This document shows positions 7,663 through 17,700 of a DNA stretch of 64,000 bases, piece after piece (the first letter of the stretch is position 1; every line of letters begins with the position of its first letter). Position numbers and translations under genes: made by a program. Under the pieces are notes generated by a model. The model was not told the origin of the DNA, searched no databases, and saw only the letters and a program-made list of their open reading frames with translations. Source of the DNA: Bacteroidales bacterium (lineage in GTDB: Bacteria > Bacteroidota > Bacteroidia > Bacteroidales > VadinHA17); contig JAFGXX010000219.1 in assembly GCA_016936435.1 (NCBI GenBank), positions 306 to 64,305 of the forward strand, given 5' to 3'.

Positions 7663-10563
7663 ATGCGCAGTTTTAAAATTTTTTCAATCATTGTTCTGGT
7701 CCTTCTGGGCTCTTTGAAACTTCATGGCCAGAACGGCATCATCAGGGGAACTGTATTCGATGAGTCACTGGGTGAACCTATGATAAGCGTTACAGTTGTC
7801 GTGGAAGGAACGACAACAGGCATTACCACTGATCTTGACGGCAAGTTCAACCTTTCCGTTGCGCCAGGAACCTATAATCTGAGGTTCTCATTCGTTTCCT
7901 ATGAAACGAAAGCTATAAATGATATTAAGGTGAAGCCGGGAGAAGTAACACTCCTGGAAAATGTCATGCTCAAATCTTCAACCATCGGTCTTTCGGAGGT
8001 CACTGTGTCTGCCAGTGCGGTCCGCAATACTGAAGGTGCGATGATGGCTATAAAGATGAACTCACCGAACCTGATGGATGGCATTTCCGCCGTCAATTTC
8101 AGGCGAATGGGCGATTCAGATGCTGCAGCGTCGATGAAAAGGGTACCCGGAGTATCTGTCGAAGGCGGCAAATACGTTTTTGTCCGGGGATTGGGAGACA
8201 GGTACACGAAGACAATACTTAACGGTGTTGATATTCCCGGACTTGATCCTGACCGTAACACAATGCAGATGGACATTTTTCCAACAAACCTGATCGATAA
8301 TATTATTGTCCATAAATCCTTCAGCGCCGAACTTCCGGCCGATTTCACCGGAGGGGTAATCGACATTGCAATAAAGGACTTCCCCGACCAGAAAAAAGGT
8401 AGTCTTTCTTTCAGCTCAAGTTATAATCCCGATTTTCATTTTAAAAGTGACTATCTGACTTACTCCGGCGGCAAGACTGATTTCCTGGGTTTTGACGACG
8501 GAACGAGATCCATTCCTGCTACCGAAGATCTTCCATATTTCGCCACTGTGCTCGGTGATCCGGAAAGCGAACAGGGACTCAGGTACAGGGAGGTTCTGGA
8601 AAGTTTCAATCCTACCATGGCTGCACAGAAGGCTGCCAGTTTTATTGATTACAGCGCTTCGGCATCATTCGGTAACCAGATACCGGTCAATAAACTGACG
8701 ATAGGATACAATTTCGGGATATCATATAAGAACAACACAGAATTTTATGAAAATGCCGAATATGGCCGTTATGGCCTGTCAAGTGATCCTGACGTAATGG
8801 ATCTGGAGGTAAGGGAATTCCAGAAAGGCAACTTCGGGATGAACAGTGTTCTGCTTAGCGGACTTGCAGGATTTGCCGTAAAAACACAGAACTCAAAATA
8901 CAGGATAAATCTTATCCATCTTCAGAACGGAGAATCAAAAGCAGGAGTTTTTGATTACACGGGGTCCGACCAGGGAAGTAACTTCTCAGGCTTCCAGCAT
9001 AACCTTGAATACAGCCAGCGTTCATTGACAAACCTTCTTATCGACGGTAAACATTCACTGAAAGGTCCGAAAATGGATATAATCTGGAAATTGTCGCCTA
9101 CACTTTCCTCGATCAGTGATCCCGACGCACGCTTTGTAAGGTACGTAACCGATAATAACGATTTCAGGATCAACACCGAGTCAGGGTTCCCGGAACGTAT
9201 CTGGAGAGACCTGTCTGAAATAAACCTTGCAGGTGTGGCCCATATTTCAAAGGAATTCAACTTCAGGGGTGAAAAGGCCAGATTCAATTTCGGTGGAGCC
9301 TATGGTTATAAGGAACGAGATTTTATGATCCGCAAGTTCATGCTTAATATAAGGAATGTACCATTGACGGGAGATCCCGATGAACTCTTCAGAGATGATA
9401 ATATGTGGCCTCTGTACGGTACCGATTACACGAGCGGCACGACATATGAGGCAGGTTTTATTCCCTCCAATCCCAATCAGTTCAATTCAAATTCTACAAA
9501 TGCAGCAGGCTATGCTTCAGCAGAACTGACGCTCCTGAAAGGACTCAGAGCCATCGCAGGACTGAGAACCGAGAAATTTGTACAACGTTATTCCGGACGT
9601 AACCAACTTGGCACAATTGTTCTTGACAACGAAAAAGTGCTCGACGAACTTGGCTTCTTCCCGTCCCTTAATCTGATTTACAACATAAACGACAGGCAGA
9701 ATATAAGGGCATCCTATGCAAAAACCATTGCCCGCCCTTCTTTCAAGGAACTTTCCTTTGCAGAGATAGTAGATCCTTTAAGCGGAAGGTCATTTGTTGG
9801 CGGTATGTTTCGCGATGCTGATGATGTAGCAGGAAGGGAATACTGGGACGGTAACCTTGTAAGCTCCCACATCCATAATGCTGACCTCCGCTGGGAGATG
9901 TTTCTCAAAGACGGACAGATGCTGTCTCTGAGCGGATTCTACAAATATTTTATCAAACCTATCGAGATAGTCCAGTATGCAAGCCAGACAGGGACCTTCC
10001 AGCCCAGAAATGTTGGCGACGGGCAGGTTCTGGGTCTTGAGATCGAATTCAGAAAAGATCTTTCGATGTTCTCATCATCGCTTAAGAATCTGATCGCCAC
10101 ATCGAACATATCGGTTACAAGCTCGCGTATCGAATTGAGTCTTACTGAATATTATTCAAGAGTGGAGAATGCCAGAAGCGGACAAAAAATTGACAATTAC
10201 CGTGAAATGGCAGGACAGGCACCCTGGATAATCAACAGCGGCCTCACCTACACGGGAGGAGAAAAAGGATTCTGGTCAGGTTTTGAGGCAGGCCTGTACT
10301 ATAATGTTCAGGGAACGACTCTTCAGTATGTAGGGATTGCAGACCGGCCGGACATCTATACGCTTCCTTTCCACAGCCTGAACTTCAACGCCGGCAAAAG
10401 TTTCGGCAGAGAAAAGAAACTTCAGATCGGGTTCAAGATCGACAACCTTCTGAACGACAAGAAAGAATCTGTCTTCAGATCATTTAATCCAACCGACCAG
10501 TTCTTCACAAAACTTGAACCCGGGATAACATACCATTTACGACTGAGTTATGCCCTCTTCTGA
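7663..10563 (+). CDS. TonB-dependent receptor with an N-terminal carboxypeptidase-regulatory-like domain (not SusC-type, no SusD partner)
   Basis: The start at 7663 gives signal peptide MRSFKIFSIIVLVLLGSLKLHG. GIIRGTVFDE...DLDGKFNLSVAPGTYNLRFSFVSYETK matches a CarboxypepD_reg domain. A plug region (VRGLGDRYTKTILNGVDIPGLDPDRN) and a long beta-barrel ending in Phe (RLSYALF) follow. The 7540 start in the ORF track would run through the hairpin. Confidence 0.8.
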   Translation: MRSFKIFSIIVLVLLGSLKLHGQNGIIRGTVFDESLGEPMISVTVVVEGTTTGITTDLDGKFNLSVAPGTYNLRFSFVSYETKAINDIKVKPGEVTLLENVMLKSSTIGLSEVTVSASAVRNTEGAMMAIKMNSPNLMDGISAVNFRRMGDSDAAASMKRVPGVSVEGGKYVFVRGLGDRYTKTILNGVDIPGLDPDRNTMQMDIFPTNLIDNIIVHKSFSAELPADFTGGVIDIAIKDFPDQKKGSLSFSSSYNPDFHFKSDYLTYSGGKTDFLGFDDGTRSIPATEDLPYFATVLGDPESEQGLRYREVLESFNPTMAAQKAASFIDYSASASFGNQIPVNKLTIGYNFGISYKNNTEFYENAEYGRYGLSSDPDVMDLEVREFQKGNFGMNSVLLSGLAGFAVKTQNSKYRINLIHLQNGESKAGVFDYTGSDQGSNFSGFQHNLEYSQRSLTNLLIDGKHSLKGPKMDIIWKLSPTLSSISDPDARFVRYVTDNNDFRINTESGFPERIWRDLSEINLAGVAHISKEFNFRGEKARFNFGGAYGYKERDFMIRKFMLNIRNVPLTGDPDELFRDDNMWPLYGTDYTSGTTYEAGFIPSNPNQFNSNSTNAAGYASAELTLLKGLRAIAGLRTEKFVQRYSGRNQLGTIVLDNEKVLDELGFFPSLNLIYNINDRQNIRASYAKTIARPSFKELSFAEIVDPLSGRSFVGGMFRDADDVAGREYWDGNLVSSHIHNADLRWEMFLKDGQMLSLSGFYKYFIKPIEIVQYASQTGTFQPRNVGDGQVLGLEIEFRKDLSMFSSSLKNLIATSNISVTSSRIELSLTEYYSRVENARSGQKIDNYREMAGQAPWIINSGLTYTGGEKGFWSGFEAGLYYNVQGTTLQYVGIADRPDIYTLPFHSLNFNAGKSFGREKKLQIGFKIDNLLNDKKESVFRSFNPTDQFFTKLEPGITYHLRLSYALF

Positions 10564-10588
10564 ATGGTATTTTGTGCATAGTTGACTT

Positions 10589-10633
10589 AAATGCCCGTTG
10601 GCCTGCCGGTTACAGGTTACAGCGGGCATTTTT
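10589..10633 (+). terminator. Terminator-like hairpin with a T-run
   Basis: aaatgcccg (10589-10597) pairs with cgggcattt (10623-10631) and is followed by ttttt. The loop is large. It lies 26 nt after the receptor stop. Confidence 0.5.
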
Positions 10634-10657
10634 CCTTTCCTGATAACTATTTTAAAT

Positions 10658-10665
10658 TACCTTTG
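10658..10665 (+). promoter_or_regulatory. Candidate -7 box (TACCTTTG)
   Basis: TAnnTTTG match 45 nt upstream of the ATG at 10710. Confidence 0.35.
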
Positions 10666-10709
10666 TAGTAACCTGACATATCATTTTGCCACATAATTCT
10701 GAAACAGTT

Positions 10710-11396
10710 ATGGATTCTAAGAACAAAAAGATACTCATAGTGGATGATGAAGAAGACCTGTGTGAAATTCTACAGTATAATCTTGGCAACGCGGGTTACG
10801 AGACAGAAGTTGCTCATTCGGCTGAAGAAGCAATAAAAAGGAAAATTGATTCATTTGACCTTATAATACTTGATGTAATGATGGGCCCTATGTCGGGATT
10901 CAAATTCGCTGATAAGCTAAGGAATGAAATGGGAATATCCGTACCTGTCATTTTTCTGACTGCAAAAGACACTGAAAATGATATCCTTACAGGCTTCAGC
11001 CTTGGAGCTGACGATTATATCCCCAAACCTTTTTCTGTTAATGAACTTACAGCGAGGGTCAGGGCCGTGCTTAAAAGATCGAATAAGGAAAAAACAAAAA
11101 TTCAGGCAGGGATGAAATTCGGAGCCCTGGAACTGGACACTTCAAAAAAACGACTGCTGATAAACGACGAAAAAGTTGAACTTACCAGGAAAGAATTTGA
11201 GATATTACAGCTCCTGCTCGAAAATCAGACCACTGTATTCTCGAGAGAAGAAATCCTGCATGAAGTATGGGGCAGCGATGTGATCGTGACCGACAGGACC
11301 GTGGATGTCAATATAACAAGGCTGAGAGCAAAACTCGGCGTTTTCGGACAAAACCTGAAAAACAAATCGGGCTACGGCTATTTTTTTGAATTCTGA
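10710..11396 (+). CDS. OmpR/PhoB-family response regulator
   Basis: Receiver domain (KILIVDDEEDL, DLIILDVMMP-like, LTAKD, PKPF) and a winged-helix output domain (LTRKEFEILQLL, TVDVNITRLRAKL). ATG at 10710; the TTG at 10686 is less likely. Confidence 0.9.
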   Translation: MDSKNKKILIVDDEEDLCEILQYNLGNAGYETEVAHSAEEAIKRKIDSFDLIILDVMMGPMSGFKFADKLRNEMGISVPVIFLTAKDTENDILTGFSLGADDYIPKPFSVNELTARVRAVLKRSNKEKTKIQAGMKFGALELDTSKKRLLINDEKVELTRKEFEILQLLLENQTTVFSREEILHEVWGSDVIVTDRTVDVNITRLRAKLGVFGQNLKNKSGYGYFFEF

Positions 11397-11414
11397 TAAA
11401 ACAGCAACTTTCTG

Positions 11415-13172
11415 ATGCTCTCAAAAAACCGATTCCGTAATAACCTGCTCTTCTTTTATTCAGCAATATTCATACTGGTTGCACTCCTGATAATAACTTA
11501 CCAGTACAGCAGGGAAAAGGAATACAAGATCTCCGCACTAAACAATGAGCTTCTGAACATTACCAGGATCACAGATAATTTCATCAGGATAAATGCAATA
11601 TACCCTGAAGGAAGCTTCAGGCTTATCGATTCGCTGATGAGGCTGCTTCCCGAAAAAAACCTTAGGATATCGATCATCGACACTTCCGGGACCGTAATGT
11701 TCGACAGCTTCGTTGCCGGTTATGAAAATATGGAAAATCACAGAACAAGACCTGAGATTGTAACTTCAGGAGTATCGGATTTCGGAACTGCAGTGAGAAA
11801 ATCGGAAACGACAGGACAGGAATATTACTATTTTGCAAAAAATTTCGGGAGTTATTACGTAAGAGCCGCTGTTGTTTATGATATCAATGTTGCCACCTTC
11901 CTGAAGGCCAATATGAGATTCCTGCTGCTGCTTTTGTTCTTTTTCATTATAGTGGGTATAGTCCTGCTGATTGTCACCAACAAATTTGGTGAATCCGTAA
12001 CCCGCCTGAGAGATTTTGCAATCGGGATCCGGCACGGGAAACCTTTTGAAATAAGCTTCCCCAGAAACGAACTTGGAGTTATAGGTTCTGAGATACTCGA
12101 TATATACAACAACCTTATTTCAGCCAAAAACGAACTTGCCAACGAGAAGGAGAAACTTGTAAAACACCTTAATGCATTGAATGAAGGTGTTGCATTCTTC
12201 TCCCCCGAAAAGAAGATCAGCTTTAATAACGACCATTTCATCCAGCTCATGAATATGATCTCGGGAGATCTGAAGATTTTCACCTCTAATTTCTTTGAGA
12301 TCCCCGAATTCAGCGAGGTAGAAGATTTTGTAGACAAAAACATGGAAAAGACACCTGCAGGTTCCGATCTTCCAGCCACGGAGTACCAGGTATCGAAAGA
12401 CGGGAGATTTTTCAGGATCAAATGTGTAATCTTTAACGATAAAAGTTTTGAAGTTATCCTGAGCGATGTCACCAAAATCGGAAAAAACAAGATGATAAAG
12501 CAGGAGATGACATCAAATATAGCCCATGAACTTAAAACACCGGTTGCTTCTGTAAAAGGCTATATCGAGACTCTCCTTAGTAATTCGGTTACCGATCCGC
12601 ACAAGCAGAAATATTTCCTCGAAAAGGCTCTTGGACAAACCGACAGGCTTACCGGACTGATAAACGATATATCGGTTCTGAACAAGATAGAAGAAGCCGG
12701 CACCACATTCCTGCTTGAGAAAGTAAGGATCAGGAAGATCATCAGGGAAGTCAGGGATAATTTCAGGTCAGCCATTGAAGCAAAAAAGATGAAGCTTGTA
12801 ATAAACGTCGACGACAAGGTTGTGGTGAAAGGCAATAAATCGCTCATTATGTCAATATTCCAGAATCTTACCGAGAACTCGATCAATTATGCAGGTGAAA
12901 ACACAACTATAAATATCCTCGTTTATAATGAGGATAAAAAATTCTTCCATTTTTCCTTTTCCGACAATGGCATTGGCATTCCGCAGGAACACATAGGAAG
13001 GGTATTCGAAAGATTTTACCGGATAGACACGGGAAGATCACGAAAAAGCGGAGGAACAGGTCTTGGCCTTGCCATTGTAAAAAATGCTGTTATCCTTCAC
13101 AGGGGTGAGATAATGGTCAGGAATAAAACCGGAGGAGGAACGGAATTTCTCTTCTCGCTTCCGAAACATTAA
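11415..13172 (+). CDS. Sensor histidine kinase (two TM helices, periplasmic sensor, HisKA plus HATPase_c)
   Basis: H-box SNIAHELKTPVASVKGYIETL, N-box QNLTENSINY, and G-boxes DNGIGIP and GGTGLGLAIV. TM helices LLFFYSAIFILVALLIITY and FLLLLLFFFIIVGIVLLIV. It starts 18 nt after the response-regulator gene. Confidence 0.9.
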   Translation: MLSKNRFRNNLLFFYSAIFILVALLIITYQYSREKEYKISALNNELLNITRITDNFIRINAIYPEGSFRLIDSLMRLLPEKNLRISIIDTSGTVMFDSFVAGYENMENHRTRPEIVTSGVSDFGTAVRKSETTGQEYYYFAKNFGSYYVRAAVVYDINVATFLKANMRFLLLLLFFFIIVGIVLLIVTNKFGESVTRLRDFAIGIRHGKPFEISFPRNELGVIGSEILDIYNNLISAKNELANEKEKLVKHLNALNEGVAFFSPEKKISFNNDHFIQLMNMISGDLKIFTSNFFEIPEFSEVEDFVDKNMEKTPAGSDLPATEYQVSKDGRFFRIKCVIFNDKSFEVILSDVTKIGKNKMIKQEMTSNIAHELKTPVASVKGYIETLLSNSVTDPHKQKYFLEKALGQTDRLTGLINDISVLNKIEEAGTTFLLEKVRIRKIIREVRDNFRSAIEAKKMKLVINVDDKVVVKGNKSLIMSIFQNLTENSINYAGENTTINILVYNEDKKFFHFSFSDNGIGIPQEHIGRVFERFYRIDTGRSRKSGGTGLGLAIVKNAVILHRGEIMVRNKTGGGTEFLFSLPKH

Positions 13173-13334
13173 AAAATAGCGACACGATCTGACAATAAAT
13201 TTCAGCCTGATCACCGGCTGAACACTGGCTTATATGGATGCCCGGAACCCTAAAGGATAAAAATATTTCTTCCAGCCAGGGAAAAAAGAAAGCAGCGTTC
13301 TTGTTTTTCGGTAATTTTGAAAAAAAAGAACTCC

Positions 13335-14750
13335 ATGAAATCTGTATCACTTTTTTTTCTTTTATTGTTATTTGTTTCACAGCCGCTCCGACCCCAGGAA
13401 GATGTCAGCCATGATAAGATTGCCGGTTCATGGATTGGCAGGATACAGGCAGGTGGAATATCGCTGAGAGTAGTATTCGATTTTACCGTTGCGGATAAAG
13501 ATTCAATAGCTGTGACATTTGCCAGTCCCGATCAGGGCTCAAAAAATATAAGTATCGGGCCTGTCATACTTTGGGGTAAGGAGATAAACGTGAAAGCCCC
13601 TCTTCTGTTGGCTGAATATAAAGGAAGCTTCAAAAACGACACTCTCATCGAAGGCACATGGTATCAGGCCGGAAGATCGGCTCCGCTCAACATTTCAAAG
13701 CTCAGGCAGGCCTTTAGCCTGAACAGGCCCCAGGAACCCACACCACCATTCCCATACATATCTGAAGGTGTGACTTTCATGAACGAGATAGCAGGGATTG
13801 AGCTTGCCGGCACCCTTACATACCCCCGTGGAGATGGACCTTTTCCTGCTGTCATTCTTGTTTCGGGTTCCGGATCCCAGAACAGGAACGAAGAGCTGAT
13901 GGGCCATAAACCTTTTCTTGTTATCGCCGATCATCTGACCCGAAACGGGATAGCCGTTCTGAGATACGACGACAGAGGTGTGGGGCAATCGAAGGGATCG
14001 CCGTTGAACTCCACAACCGCCGATTTCGCCACCGATGCTGAAGCAGCATTCCTATACCTTAGAAAAAGAAAAGAAATCGATTCCGGATATATCGGGATAG
14101 CAGGTCACAGTGAAGGAGGGCTTATTGCTCCCATGGTAGCCTCACGTAATCCTGAGACAGCCTTTATAATCTCTCTGGCAGGGACCGGCGTAAAGGGAGA
14201 AACTATCATGCATACTCAGAATTATGAGATAGGACTGGCTTCAGGGATGGATCCCACAGCCCTGAAAAGGGGTGTTGCCATAAACAAAAAGCTATTTGCT
14301 GTTCTTAAAAAAGAAAATGATGATGCGAGAGCTGCTGAAAAGATAAGGACCGTTTACAAAAAGATACTGGAAAAAGAGAAGAAATCAACCGAAGAGGTCA
14401 ATAAACTTGTAAGCGAGCTTAACAATTCACTCAATCCGGCATCCTATCCCTGGATCAGGTATTTTATCACTACCGATCCCGGAAAGTTCTGGAAAAAAGT
14501 AAAATGCCCGGTGCTGGCTCTTAACGGTGATAAAGATCTGCAGGTTTCTGCAGCAGTAAACCTGCCGGCAATTGAAAAAGCCCTGAGGGCAGGAGGCAAT
14601 AACAATGTAACTGTCAAAATGTTACCCGGACTTAACCATCTCTTCCAGAATTGCAAGACAGGCCTGCCGGCAGAATATGGCGAAATTGAGGAGACATTTT
14701 CGCAGGAAGTCATGGAAATTATGGCAGACTGGATCAAGGCTCTGAAGTAA
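13335..14750 (+). CDS. Secreted alpha/beta hydrolase
   Basis: ATG at 13335 gives signal peptide MKSVSLFFLLLLFVSQP. Nucleophile elbow GHSEGG, plus VLALNGDKD and a late His (GLNHLF), fits the alpha/beta fold. Confidence 0.7.
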   Translation: MKSVSLFFLLLLFVSQPLRPQEDVSHDKIAGSWIGRIQAGGISLRVVFDFTVADKDSIAVTFASPDQGSKNISIGPVILWGKEINVKAPLLLAEYKGSFKNDTLIEGTWYQAGRSAPLNISKLRQAFSLNRPQEPTPPFPYISEGVTFMNEIAGIELAGTLTYPRGDGPFPAVILVSGSGSQNRNEELMGHKPFLVIADHLTRNGIAVLRYDDRGVGQSKGSPLNSTTADFATDAEAAFLYLRKRKEIDSGYIGIAGHSEGGLIAPMVASRNPETAFIISLAGTGVKGETIMHTQNYEIGLASGMDPTALKRGVAINKKLFAVLKKENDDARAAEKIRTVYKKILEKEKKSTEEVNKLVSELNNSLNPASYPWIRYFITTDPGKFWKKVKCPVLALNGDKDLQVSAAVNLPAIEKALRAGGNNNVTVKMLPGLNHLFQNCKTGLPAEYGEIEETFSQEVMEIMADWIKALK

Positions 14751-14767
14751 TATTTTGTCATTAACTG

Positions 14768-17700
14768 ATGCGCTCTCTTATACTGATATTACTTCTTTTT
14801 ACAGGCACGCTTCAGCTTCGGTCGCAGGTGCTCATAAATGAATTCTGCTCCTCAAACTTCACAGGTATTAAAGACGAAGACGGGGATCTCTCAGACTGGA
14901 TAGAACTGCTGAATACGTCTTCATCAACAGTAAACCTGAAAGGATATTCTCTTTCCGACAATGCCGGAGATCCTACTAAATGGACATTTCCTGAATTACT
15001 TCTTGATCCCGGAGCATATTTGCTGGTGTTTGCGTCGGATAAAGACCGTTCCGGTGTCCCTCTCAGCCGGCACACGGTAATTGACAGAGGATCGACATGG
15101 AAATATCTTGTCCCTGAATCTGATATTGGAGAAATGTGGAAAACAACTGCTTTCGATGATTCGGGCTGGAATAGCGGACAATCAGGATTCGGTTATGGCG
15201 ATAATGACGACTCAACAAAGCTGGATAAGATACTGAGCGTTTATTTACGTAAGGAGCTTGTAATTGATGACCCCGGGAAAATTACCGAACTAATATTAAG
15301 TATTGATTATGATGACGGATTTGCTGCTTTTATTAACGGCCACGAGATCGCGAGGGCAAACCTGGGGGAAGCGGGTTCGGCAATAAGCTTCAACGAGATA
15401 GCTTCAGCTTCAAGGGAAGCTACAATGTACAATGGAGCTTACCCGGTCAATTTCATTGTCTCAAATCCTTCTTCCCTTCTGGTTGAAGGAGTAAATGTGC
15501 TGTGCGTGGAAGGCCATAACAGGGGGGAAACATCTTCAGATTTCACCCTTATACCGATGCTTACTGTTGGAACAACAGGAACAGGCTACAGCGAAAATAT
15601 GCCTGAATACATAAACCTGAAAGGAGAATATCTTCACACCAGCTTCAAAATAGACAGGGACGGGGAGACACTTATACTCTCAAAACCCGGTTCTGTGATA
15701 ACAGACTCGGTAAGTCCTGTTCAGCTACCTGCCGACATCTCCTATGGCCGTAATCCGGATGGAAAGGGAACATGGTCGTTTTTTTACAAACAGACACCCG
15801 GAAAAGAAAACAACACGGAGGGATTTTCCATTCTTCCCCCTGCCGACTCAGTTTATTTTTCCAGATCCGGAGGACATATTGATGCTCCCTTCACTCTCGT
15901 AATAACGGCCGCAAGTATTGAAGATACTATTTATTATACCCTCGACGGATCAGAACCTTCACGTGGTGATTCTGTATATAAGGTCCCGCTGAACATTTCA
16001 GACGATTGTGTAGTGAGAGCCAGGACAATAAACCATAATAAATTGCCGGGAGTGATATCAACTCACACATACCGAAAAATAAATCATTCATTTCCGGTGT
16101 TTTGTATCAGCACTGATCCGGAAAACCTCTGGGATTACTATACAGGCATATATGTAATGGGCCCTAACGCATCACCGGAATCCCCGTTCAAAGGTGCAAA
16201 CTTCTGGCAGGACTGGGAAAAACGGGCTCACATGGAATTTTACGACGAAAACGGGATCCGGCATATCGACCAGGATATCGGTGTAAAGATCTTCGGGGCT
16301 TATTCCAGAGCAAGAAATCAGAAATCATTGGCTTTTTTCGCACGCCGGGAGTACGGAAAAGGATCTTTTGAGTATAAATTCTTCGACGACAAGCCGATAG
16401 ACAAGTTCGAATCTATAGTACTCAGAAACGGGGGAAATGACTGGGGAAAGGCAATAATAAGAGATGGTATCACATCAACGCTGGTCAGGGATATGAATAT
16501 CGACCGTATGGCCTTCCGTCCTGCTATCCTGTACCTGAATGGTGAATACTGGGGCATACTGAACCTTCGTGAAAAGGTGAACACAAATTACCTGGCCTCC
16601 AATCATCAGGTTGATCCTGAGAACATCAATCTTCTGGAAAAAAACTCTGTTCTTATTGAAGGTTCCAGCACCGCTTACAAACAGATCATCAGTTTCCTGA
16701 ACAGCACCACGCTTGAAAGTGAGCTGAATTACAATCAGATAAGCAGACAGATAGACCTGGATAATTACATTCAGTACCAGCTTACCCAGATCTATATCGA
16801 TAACCGCGACTGGCCGGGTAATAACATAAAATACTGGAATACAAATGATCCCGGTAGTCGATGGAGATGGATCATCTTTGATACCGACTTCGGATATTCA
16901 ATGAAAACGGTAACGGCATACGAGTACAATACACTTGAATTCGCCCTGCGTCCCGACGGCACCAGCGGCGCAAACATTGCATGGGCTACCCTTCTTTTCA
17001 GAAGGATGATGTCGAACCATGGATTCAGGAACCAGTTTATTAACCAGTACGCCGACAGAATTAACACCACATTTACACACGAAAATTTAGTGTCAATAAC
17101 CGATTCAATACGACAGATATACCTTAGTGAGATCCAGAACCATGTCGATCGCTGGGGATTGAGCCTGTCGAACTGGGAGAACAGCATCAACAATATCAGG
17201 ACTTTCGCGTATAACAGGCCTTCCCATGCCCGGCAACATCTGATAGCAACACTCGGTCTCGATGAATTGCTTAATCTGAGGGTCGAGATCCGTGACCCCG
17301 GATCGGGAAAAGTGAAGATCAATTCGGTTATTCCGGATAAGTATCCATTTGCAGGATTTTACTTCAGGAATATACCCATAAAGCTTACTGCTGTTCCTTC
17401 GCCCGGATATAAATTCATAAGATGGGAAGCCGGAGGTTCAGCGATGTTTACCAGGACCATTGACTATAAAATGACAGGATCAACGACAATCAGGGCAGTC
17501 TTCGGATTTGCCGGCGGGGAGGATAACCGGCTTGTTATAAACGAAATAAACTACAACTCGGCCCCCGGAATGGATCCGGAGGACTGGGTTGAGCTTTACA
17601 ATGCAGGCAATTCCACTGTGAATCTCAAAGGCTGGACGATAAGCGATGCCTCTGTTGAATCAGGGTTTAAAATAGGATCCGACCTCCTCATTGAACCCGG

